Assembly (NCBI RefSeq): GCF_000012905.2
Contig: NC_007493.2
Span: 2,670,001 to 2,702,000, forward strand
Direction: 5' to 3'
DNA: 32,000 nt
Source of the DNA: Cereibacter sphaeroides 2.4.1
Lineage (GTDB): Bacteria > Pseudomonadota > Alphaproteobacteria > Rhodobacterales > Rhodobacteraceae
Shown: positions 25,260 to 31,738 of the stretch, in pieces
Numbering within the stretch: the stretch's first letter is position 1
Layout: every line of letters begins with the position of its first letter
Notes under the pieces: generated by a model
The model's database searches: none
What the model saw: the letters and a program-made list of their open reading frames with translations, nothing else
Told to the model about the DNA's origin: nothing
Made by a program: the position numbers and the translations under genes

Positions 25260-26144
25260 ATGCCGAAGTTCGTCCTCACCGTCACCTGCCCGACCCGCCG
25301 GGGCATCGTCGCCGCCATCTCGACCTTCCTCGCCGACCATGGCTGCAACATCACCGATTCGGCCCAGTTCGACGATCAGGAAACCGGGCGCTTCTTCATG
25401 CGCGTGGGCTTCCAGTCCGAGACCGGCGCCACGCTCGACGGGCTCACCGCGGATTTCGCCGCCGTGGGCGAGACGCTCGAGGCCGACTGGCAGATCTTCG
25501 ACAGCGCCAGCAAGATCAAGGTCCTGCTGATGGTGTCGAACTTCGGCCACTGCCTCAACGACCTGCTCTACCGCTGGCGCATCGGCGCCCTGCCGATCGA
25601 GATCGTGGGCGTCGTCTCGAACCACCTGACCTACCAGAAGGTCGTCGTGAACCACGACATCCCCTTCCATCTCATCAAGGTCACCAAGGACAACAAGCCC
25701 GAGGCCGAGGCCCGCCTCATGGCGCTGGTCGACGAGACCGGGGCCGAGCTCGTCGTGCTCGCCCGCTACATGCAGGTCCTGTCGGATGCCTTCTGCGCCC
25801 GCATGTCGGGCCGGATCATCAACATCCACCACTCGTTCCTGCCCTCCTTCAAGGGCGCGAACCCCTACAAGCAGGCCTACCAGCGCGGCGTGAAGCTGAT
25901 CGGCGCCACGGCGCATTACGTCACCGCCGATCTCGACGAGGGCCCGATCATCGAGCAGGACACGGTGCGCATCACCCACGCCCAGAGCCCGGACGATTAT
26001 GTGAGCCTCGGCCGCGACGTCGAGGCCTCGGTCCTCTCCCGCGCGATCCACGCCCATATCCACCACCGGGTCTTCCTCAACGGCAACAAGACCGTGGTCT
26101 TCCCGGCGTCCCCCGGCGCCCACGCCTCCGAACGGATGGGCTGA
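25260..26144 (+). CDS. purU: Formyltetrahydrofolate deformylase
   Basis: ATG 25260 (M22 of track ORF 25197-26144) gives 294 aa. It has an ACT-like N-terminus (FVLTVTCPTRRGIVAAISTFLADHGCNI) and a formyltransferase core (SNFGHCLNDLLYRW; IINIHHSFLPSFKGANPY). Confidence 0.95.
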   Translation: MPKFVLTVTCPTRRGIVAAISTFLADHGCNITDSAQFDDQETGRFFMRVGFQSETGATLDGLTADFAAVGETLEADWQIFDSASKIKVLLMVSNFGHCLNDLLYRWRIGALPIEIVGVVSNHLTYQKVVVNHDIPFHLIKVTKDNKPEAEARLMALVDETGAELVVLARYMQVLSDAFCARMSGRIINIHHSFLPSFKGANPYKQAYQRGVKLIGATAHYVTADLDEGPIIEQDTVRITHAQSPDDYVSLGRDVEASVLSRAIHAHIHHRVFLNGNKTVVFPASPGAHASERMG

Positions 26145-26149
26145 GCCCC

Positions 26150-26199
26150 GCTTTCATTCTGGCCGAAATATCCCGGGGGTGCGGGGGCAGCGCCCCCGC
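26150..26199 (+). repeat. REP-like intergenic repeat, copy 2
   Basis: GCTTTCATTCTGGCCGAAATATCCCGGGGG is followed by the hairpin GCGGGGGC-agc-GCCCCCGC (26181-26199). It lies between the convergent purU and MFS genes, the same context as copy 1. Confidence 0.6.
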
Positions 26200-26214
26200 T
26201 CCTTCCCGTGACGC

Positions 26215-27840
26215 TCAGGTCAGATCCTCGGGCTTCAGCGGCAGATCGTCGTGCAAGGGCACCGTCTGGCGCTCGATCATCCGGCGCACCCGCGGCTTGC
26301 CCGGCCCTGCGTGCAGCGCGAGCAGCCGGTCCGTCACCTCGGCATCCGCCTTCGTCCGCCGCTCGTGGTGGCGCAGATATTCCGCCCAGGTCGCGACATG
26401 GTAGCTTTCGGCCCAGATCCCCGGCCGCTCCAGATCGCGCAACAGCACCCACTGCCGCGCCCCGTCCCGGATCCGGATCCGGCGCCGGTCCGCCATGGCG
26501 GCGAGGAACTCGTCCACATTCTCGGGCACCACGTCATATTCGACCGTCACCATGATCGGCCCCGAGCGCATGCGCAGGTCCACCGGCAGGCTCGGCTCAA
26601 CGAACCGCCCCAGCGGATCGAGATCCTGCATCCCGAAGGCCGGCAGCGGCATCCGCAGCCCCACCAGCGCCCCCAGCACGAGGACACCGGCCGCCCCGAA
26701 CAGGGCCCCGTCCACGCCGCCCGCCTCGGCCGCCTGCCCCCAGAGGAAGCTGCCCGCCGCCATCCCGCCGAAAGTGGCGGTCTGATAGAGGGCCAGCGCC
26801 CGCCCCACGACCCAGCGCGGCGTGGCGAGCTGCACGCTCACATTGAACAGCGACAAGGCCAGCACCCAGGCCGCCCCCGCCGGCAGGAGCATGAGCCCCG
26901 ACAGCCACAGCGCGCGCGACAGGCCGAGCCCGGTCAGCGCCAGCGCGAAGATCACGAAGCCCGCCCGCACGATGGTCTCGTTCTGGAACCGCTCGCGCAG
27001 GCGCGCGCCGGCGAAGGCGCCGCCGATGGCGCCCACCCCGAAACAGCCCAGAAGCACGCCATAGGTGAAGGCGCCCCCGCCCACGAGGTCGCGCGCGACG
27101 ACAGGCAGCAGCGCAAGCAGGCTCACCGCCGCAAGGCCGAAGAGGAAGCCGCGGAAGAGCACCTTGAGCAGGATGGGCGACATCGAGACATAGCGCAGGC
27201 CCGCGGCCACGGCCGATCCCAGCGTCTCGCGCGGCAGCCGCCGCGGCGCATAGTCGGGCCGCCAGAGAAAGAGCGTGAGGACCAGCGGCAGATAGCTCGC
27301 CGCATTGATCGCGAAGGCCGCCGCCGCGCCACCCGCCGCTACGATGATCCCGCCCAGCGCGGGGCCCACGCTCCGCATCAGGTTGAAGCCCATGCTGTTC
27401 AGCGCGACCGCCGACGGCAGGTCCTTGCGGGGCACGATGTCGCCGACCGAGGCCTGCCACGAAGGGTTGTGCAGCGCCACGCCCGCGCCGATCAGGAAGG
27501 TGAAGGTCAGCAAGAGCCACGGCGTCAGCAGATCCGCGAAGGCCGCCAGCGCCAGCGCCGCCGAGGCCGTCAGCATGAAGAGCTGCGCCGTCAGCATCAG
27601 GCGCCGCCGGTTGAGGCTGTCGGCCAGCGCGCCCGAGGGCAGCGAGAAGAGCATGATCGGCAGGGTCGTCGAGGCCTGCACCAGCGCCACCATCCCGGCG
27701 GAATGGGTGAGCTCGGTCATCATCCAGCCTGCGCCCACCGCCTGCACCAGCCCGCCGAAGTTCGAGACGATGCTCGCCATCCAGAGGTTGCGGTAGGTGG
27801 GCAGGCGGAAGGGCGCGAGGGGAGAGACACGGTCGGGCAA
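26215..27840 (-). CDS. MFS transporter (12-TM core) with a ~135-aa soluble C-terminal domain
   Basis: Part of track ORF 26215-28020. The likely start is TTG 27840, with AGAAGG 7 nt upstream; ATG 27780 is the alternative. The hydrophobic core starts FRLPTYRNLWMASIVSNFGGLVQAVGAGWMM. The C-terminal tail (IMVTVEYDVVPENVDEFLAAMADRRRIRIRDGARQWVLLRDLERPGIWAESYHVATWAEYLRHHERRT) looks like a small alpha/beta (ABM/Dabb-like) domain. Confidence 0.85.
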   Translation of the reverse strand: MPDRVSPLAPFRLPTYRNLWMASIVSNFGGLVQAVGAGWMMTELTHSAGMVALVQASTTLPIMLFSLPSGALADSLNRRRLMLTAQLFMLTASAALALAAFADLLTPWLLLTFTFLIGAGVALHNPSWQASVGDIVPRKDLPSAVALNSMGFNLMRSVGPALGGIIVAAGGAAAAFAINAASYLPLVLTLFLWRPDYAPRRLPRETLGSAVAAGLRYVSMSPILLKVLFRGFLFGLAAVSLLALLPVVARDLVGGGAFTYGVLLGCFGVGAIGGAFAGARLRERFQNETIVRAGFVIFALALTGLGLSRALWLSGLMLLPAGAAWVLALSLFNVSVQLATPRWVVGRALALYQTATFGGMAAGSFLWGQAAEAGGVDGALFGAAGVLVLGALVGLRMPLPAFGMQDLDPLGRFVEPSLPVDLRMRSGPIMVTVEYDVVPENVDEFLAAMADRRRIRIRDGARQWVLLRDLERPGIWAESYHVATWAEYLRHHERRTKADAEVTDRLLALHAGPGKPRVRRMIERQTVPLHDDLPLKPEDLT

Positions 27841-27951
27841 GGGAGAACCTTCTGTCGGGCCGGCTGCCCCATGGGATAGGTCGCGCGAGGGCGGCTGACA
27901 AGGGAGGGCCCCTCCGGAGCCCCGCAGGCGCCCTCGGCGCGCCCGCGATCC

Positions 27952-27977
27952 AACGCCGGGAACCCTCGGCCCGTTCC
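27952..27977 (-). promoter_or_regulatory. ECF-sigma (EcfG-type) promoter motif directed toward the MFS gene
   Basis: The minus strand reads GGAAC (27977->27973), N16, then GCGTT (27956->27952), so CGTT sits after a 17-nt spacer, an exact consensus match. It lies 112 nt upstream of TTG 27840. Confidence 0.45.
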
Positions 27978-27984
27978 GCCGGTT
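27959..27984 (+). promoter_or_regulatory. ECF-sigma (EcfG-type) promoter motif directed toward the topoisomerase IB gene
   Basis: GGAAC (27959-27963), N16, then CGGTT (27980-27984). It interdigitates with the minus-strand motif: each -35 lies inside the other's spacer. It lies 155 nt upstream of GTG 28139. Confidence 0.45.
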
Positions 27985-28138
27985 GAGCGCGGCGACAGGC
28001 AACCGCGGGTGCGGGGCCATGTCCGGGACGGGGCGGACGGGTCCGACCCTCCCGGCGCGGCAACGACCCGCAGACGGTCATCTTCGCCGGACGTCGGGGC
28101 GGCAGAGGCCGCAGGCCGGATCACAGGAGGGCTGCAAG

Positions 28139-29173
28139 GTGAAGGATGGCTGCGTTCTGGTCGAGATGTCGGACGGCAGCGAGGCCACCGTGCCGCGCGG
28201 CCTCGTCTATGTCACCGATGCCGAGCCGGGCATCACCCGGCGGCGCTGCGGGCGCGGCTTCGTCTTCCGCGGCCCCGACGGCAGGCTTCTGGACCGCGCC
28301 GAGCGCGCACGGATCCTGCGCCTCGGGGTTCCGCCCGCCTACGAGAAGGTGTGGATCTGCCCGCTCGAGAACGGCCATCTGCAGGCCACCGGGTTCGATG
28401 CGCGCGGGCGCAAGCAGTATCGCTACCACCCCGACTGGGGCAGCTGGCGGTCGCAGGCGAAATACGCCCTCCTGCCGGCCTTCGGAGAGGCGCTGCCCCG
28501 CCTGCGCCGCCGCGTGGCCCGCGACCTCAAGGCCGAGGCGGGCGAGCTCGCCTTCTCGCTCGCGGCCCTCACCATGCTGATCGACCGGACCTTCCTGCGC
28601 GTGGGCAGCTCGGCCTATGCCGAGGAGAACAAGACCTTCGGCGCCACCACGCTTCTGGCGCGCCATGTGAAGCTCAAGGACGGCGAGGTGCGGCTCGACT
28701 TCCGCGCCAAGGGCGGCAAGCGCGTGCGTCAGGTGCTGAAGGACCGCCGCCTGCACCGCATCCTGCAGGAGATCGAGGACCTGCCGGGCCGCAACCTCTT
28801 CACCTGGATCGACGAGGAGGGCCAGGTGCGGCGCGTGGCCTCGCACCATGTGAACGACTATCTGGCCGAGGCCACGGGCCTTGCCGGCGCCTCGGCCAAG
28901 ACCTTCCGCACCTGGGGCGGCTCGCTCGCTGCCTTCGCCGTGGCCCGGGCGACCGAGGGCAAGCTCACCGTGAAGATGATGGCCGAAGGCGCGGCCGAGC
29001 GGCTGCACAACACGCCGACGATCAGCCGCACCTCCTACATCCATCCCCGGATCCTCGGCCTCGCGGATCTGAAGCCCGACGAGCGGCTCGCGCAGCTCGA
29101 GGCGGTCCAGCCCGCCGACCTGCCCGACCTGCGCAGCGACGAGCGCCGGATGCTCGGCTTCCTGCTGGGCTGA
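28139..29173 (+). CDS. DNA topoisomerase IB (poxvirus/eukaryote-like bacterial TopIB)
   Basis: GTG 28139 has AGGAGGG 7 nt upstream and gives 344 aa. Blocks typical of bacterial TopIB are present: GFVFRGPDGRLL, GFDARGRKQYRYHPDW, TFGATTLLARHV, RLDFRAKGGK, SAKTFRTWGGS. The active-site Tyr context is HNTPTISRTSYIHP. Confidence 0.9.
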   Translation: MKDGCVLVEMSDGSEATVPRGLVYVTDAEPGITRRRCGRGFVFRGPDGRLLDRAERARILRLGVPPAYEKVWICPLENGHLQATGFDARGRKQYRYHPDWGSWRSQAKYALLPAFGEALPRLRRRVARDLKAEAGELAFSLAALTMLIDRTFLRVGSSAYAEENKTFGATTLLARHVKLKDGEVRLDFRAKGGKRVRQVLKDRRLHRILQEIEDLPGRNLFTWIDEEGQVRRVASHHVNDYLAEATGLAGASAKTFRTWGGSLAAFAVARATEGKLTVKMMAEGAAERLHNTPTISRTSYIHPRILGLADLKPDERLAQLEAVQPADLPDLRSDERRMLGFLLG

Positions 29174-29248
29174 CCCCCGGCACAGACGCCGCCGGCACCG
29201 ATCAGCAAGCGCCCAGATGAGCGCTCGGGCGGACATTCATCCGATGGC

Positions 29249-29289
29249 GAAAAACAATTGCGCCGCGCCGGGGAGCGACGGCGCGGCGC
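29249..29289 (-). terminator. Rho-independent terminator of the DUF3008 gene
   Basis: GCGCCGCGCC (29260-29269) pairs with GGCGCGGCGC (29280-29289), a perfect 10-bp stem with a 10-nt loop. On the minus strand it is followed by AATTGTTTTTC. It starts 19 nt after the stop. Confidence 0.65.
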
Positions 29290-29307
29290 AGGCCTCGCTC
29301 GCGCGGA

Positions 29308-29493
29308 TCAGCCGGATTTATGCTCCGGCTTGCCCTTCCGCTCGGTCGCGGCCATTTCCTTCAATTCCTTCTCCGACATGGAGTCCTCCATGCTGCGGGA
29401 GGCTCCCTTCAGATCGCTCTTCTTCGTGTCGCCGCGCTTGGCCGACAGGGCGGCTCCGGCGGCTTTCTGCTGGGCCTTGGACGTCGCTGGCAT
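29308..29493 (-). CDS. DUF3008-family small protein (61 aa)
   Basis: MPATSKAQQKAAGAALSAKRGDTKKSDLKGASRSMEDSMSEKELKEMAATERKGKPEHKSG. The KAQQ.AAGAALSAKRG..KKS.LKGAS string is what I remember for DUF3008. GAGG lies 6 nt upstream of the ATG, and the gene has its own terminator. Confidence 0.7.
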   Translation of the reverse strand: MPATSKAQQKAAGAALSAKRGDTKKSDLKGASRSMEDSMSEKELKEMAATERKGKPEHKSG

Positions 29494-29557
29494 CGCACAC
29501 CTCGCAGGCTCGGATCGTCAGGCTGCCGGGCAGCCCGGCCTCATCCTCTGCGCAGAA

Positions 29558-29582
29558 AACCGCGCCGCGCGCGCCCGGTTCC
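29558..29582 (-). promoter_or_regulatory. ECF-sigma (EcfG-type)-like promoter motif toward DUF3008 (spacer one nt shorter)
   Basis: The minus strand reads GGAAC (29582->29578), N15, then CGGTTTT (from 29562 downward), i.e. GGAAC-N16-GGTT. It lies about 65 nt upstream of ATG 29493. Confidence 0.3.
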
Positions 29583-29590
29583 CGCGGCGG

Positions 29591-29611
29591 CTCGCCTTTC
29601 GGGCGAGTTTT
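29591..29611 (+). terminator. Small terminator-like hairpin plus T-tract between the divergent promoters
   Basis: CTCGCC (29591-29596), tttcg loop, GGCGAG (29602-29607), then TTTT (29608-29611). The T-tract is the beginning of 19-nt repeat copy B. Confidence 0.3.
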
Positions 29612-29626
29612 CCGTGACAGGCAGGT
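29608..29626 (+). repeat. 19-nt direct repeat, copy B (TTTTCCGTGACAGGCAGGT)
   Basis: 17 of 19 positions match 17462-17480, in the same orientation. It lies 44 nt upstream of the GGAAC at 29670. Confidence 0.6.
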
Positions 29627-29669
29627 TTCCGGCCCCGCTCGGCGGGATGCCGCCGACATGAGCCCAGCC

Positions 29670-29695
29670 GGAACCTCCCCGAGGCCAGCGCGGTT
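29670..29695 (+). promoter_or_regulatory. ECF-sigma (EcfG-type) promoter motif upstream of the DUF4142 gene
   Basis: GGAAC (29670-29674), N16, then CGGTT (29691-29695). This is the same architecture as the sites at 19314 and 27959. It lies 54 nt upstream of ATG 29749. Confidence 0.45.
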
Positions 29696-29748
29696 GATCC
29701 CCTGTCCAGCGCGACGATGATGCGATCCGAAGTTCCCGGAGTCGAAAG

Positions 29749-30273
29749 ATGAGACCTGTTCCGCTCGCCCTCGCGGCTCTGCTCCTCGCCACGCCCGTGG
29801 CCTTCTCGCAATCCGACGCGCCGCCGCCGCCGCTGGTGGTGGTCGATGACGCGCAGGTCTTTGCCGGCATGGCCGTCTCCTCGGCGCTCTTCGGCGTCGA
29901 GGCGAGCGAAACCGCCCTCTCCCGCACCCGGAACGAGACGGTGCGCGCCTTCGCCGAGAAGGTCCTGCAGGAACGGCGCGAGACGGCGGAGCGGCTGGTC
30001 AAGGCCGCCGAGGCCGATGCGCTGCCGATCACGCCGCGCATGTCGCCGCGCCACGAGGCCGAGGCGCAGTCCCTGCGCGGGGCGGATGACCAGATGTTCG
30101 ACGACCTGTATCTTGCAGGCCAGCGACGCGCCATCGACGAGGAGGTCACGCTCTATCAGGGCTTCGCCACCGCAGGTCAGGAAAGCGCGCTGCGCGAGAC
30201 GGCGGGCGAGCTTCTGCCGCGTATGGTGGCCGGACAGGAACAGGTCCGCGCCCTTGCCGCGCCGCGCGGCTGA
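29749..30273 (+). CDS. DUF4142-family exported protein
   Basis: 174 aa with signal peptide MRPVPLALAALLLATPVAFS and GGAG 7 nt upstream. The helical repeats (ETALSRTRNETVRAFAEKVLQERRE .. DDLYLAGQRRAIDEEVTLYQGF .. LRETAGELLPRM) match my memory of DUF4142. Confidence 0.72.
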   Translation: MRPVPLALAALLLATPVAFSQSDAPPPPLVVVDDAQVFAGMAVSSALFGVEASETALSRTRNETVRAFAEKVLQERRETAERLVKAAEADALPITPRMSPRHEAEAQSLRGADDQMFDDLYLAGQRRAIDEEVTLYQGFATAGQESALRETAGELLPRMVAGQEQVRALAAPRG

Positions 30274-30290
30274 CCTCTCCCTCGGATGAT

Positions 30291-30319
30291 CGCTCCGGCC
30301 GCGAGACGCAGCCGGAGCG
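30291..30319. terminator. Hairpin between the convergent DUF4142 and otsA genes
   Basis: CGCTCCGGC (30291-30299) pairs with GCCGGAGCG (30311-30319), a 9-bp stem with an 11-nt loop. There is no T-tract on either side. Confidence 0.35.
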
Positions 30320-30325
30320 CGCCCG

Positions 30326-31738
30326 TCAATCGCTCTCTCGGGTGAGGGCACCGTTGTCCTCGGGCGCCTCGTTCAGGGCGGCGAGGAACGTGCGGCACCA
30401 CCAGAGCACATCGTGGGACTCGAGATGATCCATCATGCGCCGCCAGCGCGCGATCCGCTCGTCGAGCGGCATCGAGAGCGCACGGCCGATGGCCCCCGCC
30501 GTCTGCTCGGTGTCGTAGGGGTTGATGAAGATGGCCCCGTCCAGTTCGCGCGCGGCGCCCGCGAAGCGCGAGAGGATGAGGACGCCCGGATCGGCCGGAT
30601 CCTGCGAGGCCACATATTCCTTGGCCACCAGGTTCATCCCGTCGCGGAGCGGCGTGACGAGCCCCACTTTCGCCAGCCGGTAGAGGCCCGCCAGCACAGG
30701 CCGGGTGAGCGACTGGTTCACATAGCGGATGGGCACCCACTCGATGGTGCCGTGCGCGCCGTTCACCCGGCCGCAATGCGACTCCACCTGCCCCTGCATC
30801 TCGAGATACTCGGGCACGTCCGAGCGCGAGTGGGGCGCCACCTGCAGCAGCGTGACCTTGCCCGCCTGATCGGGATTGCGCATCAGATACCGCTCGAACG
30901 CGTCGATCCGCGCGGCGATGCCCTTGGAATAGTCGAGCCGGTCAACCCCGATGATGAGCGAACTGCCATGCAGGCTCTGCTGCATGTCGGTGACCAGATC
31001 GAGCCCGTCCGTCTTGGCCGCGAGCCGCGCGAAATCCCCGGTCTCGATGCCGATGGGGAAGGCCGCGGCCGCCACCTCCTTGTCGAAGGCGCGGAGCCAG
31101 CCCGGCGTCGACCAGTCGCCCCAGCCCTCGCGGCGCAGACAACCCACGAAATTGTCGAGATCGTAGTCGGTCTGGAACCCCACGAGGTCGTAGGCCGCAA
31201 GGCCCCGCATGATGATCTCGTAGACCGGCAGAGCGGTCAGGATGTCGGCCGGGGGCCATGGAATGTGGAGGAAGAAGCCGATCCGGTTGCGCACGCCGCG
31301 CTTGCGCAGCTCCTGCGCCAGCGGGATCAGGTGGTAATCATGCACCCAGATCACGTCGTCGGGCTCGAGCATCGGCACCAGACGGTCGGCGAACAGGCGA
31401 TTGACGCGGAAATAGCCCGCCATCTCCTGCCGCGCATATTCGGCCAGATCGAGACGGCAGTGGAAGATCGGCCAGAGCACCCGGTTGGCGAAGCCGTTGT
31501 AATATTCGTCGAGGTCCGCCTGCGAAAGGTCGGTCAGCACATAGCTGATCTTGTCCTGCTCCAGCGTGGTCAGGCCCTGCGGCTCCTCCTCGCCGGTCGA
31601 GCGGCCCGACCAGCCCATCCAGATCCCGCCGTTCTTGCGCAGCGCGGCATGGACGGCGACGGCCAGCCCGCCGGGCGGCGGGTTGCCGTTCTCGTCCGGC
31701 AGCGGCACGCGGTTCGAGACGACGACGAGACGACTCAT
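30326..31738 (-). CDS. otsA: Alpha,alpha-trehalose-phosphate synthase (GT20)
   Basis: 470 aa. MSRLVVVSNRVP, WVHDYHLIPLA, GFFLHIPWP, VDRLDYSKGI and LVTPLRDGMNLVAKEY are canonical OtsA blocks. ATGA overlap with otsB. Confidence 0.95.
   Translation of the reverse strand: MSRLVVVSNRVPLPDENGNPPPGGLAVAVHAALRKNGGIWMGWSGRSTGEEEPQGLTTLEQDKISYVLTDLSQADLDEYYNGFANRVLWPIFHCRLDLAEYARQEMAGYFRVNRLFADRLVPMLEPDDVIWVHDYHLIPLAQELRKRGVRNRIGFFLHIPWPPADILTALPVYEIIMRGLAAYDLVGFQTDYDLDNFVGCLRREGWGDWSTPGWLRAFDKEVAAAAFPIGIETGDFARLAAKTDGLDLVTDMQQSLHGSSLIIGVDRLDYSKGIAARIDAFERYLMRNPDQAGKVTLLQVAPHSRSDVPEYLEMQGQVESHCGRVNGAHGTIEWVPIRYVNQSLTRPVLAGLYRLAKVGLVTPLRDGMNLVAKEYVASQDPADPGVLILSRFAGAARELDGAIFINPYDTEQTAGAIGRALSMPLDERIARWRRMMDHLESHDVLWWCRTFLAALNEAPEDNGALTRESD

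Noticed and set aside
27983-28138. N-terminal extension of TopIB (track start 27983, or ATG 28019)
   Set aside because: The extension is Arg/Gly/Pro-rich and has no ribosome-binding site, and 27983 falls inside the predicted -10 element. GTG 28139 has an AGGAGGG site at ideal spacing and gives the ~345-aa length I recall for bacterial TopIB.
25185-29236. Alternative-frame ORFs over purU, the MFS gene and TopIB (25166-26404, 25185-26123, 26251-27879, 26597-28081, 28009-29220, 28121-29236)
   Set aside because: The reasoning is the same. These are Arg/Pro/Gly-rich translations opposite or out of frame with genes carrying diagnostic motifs.
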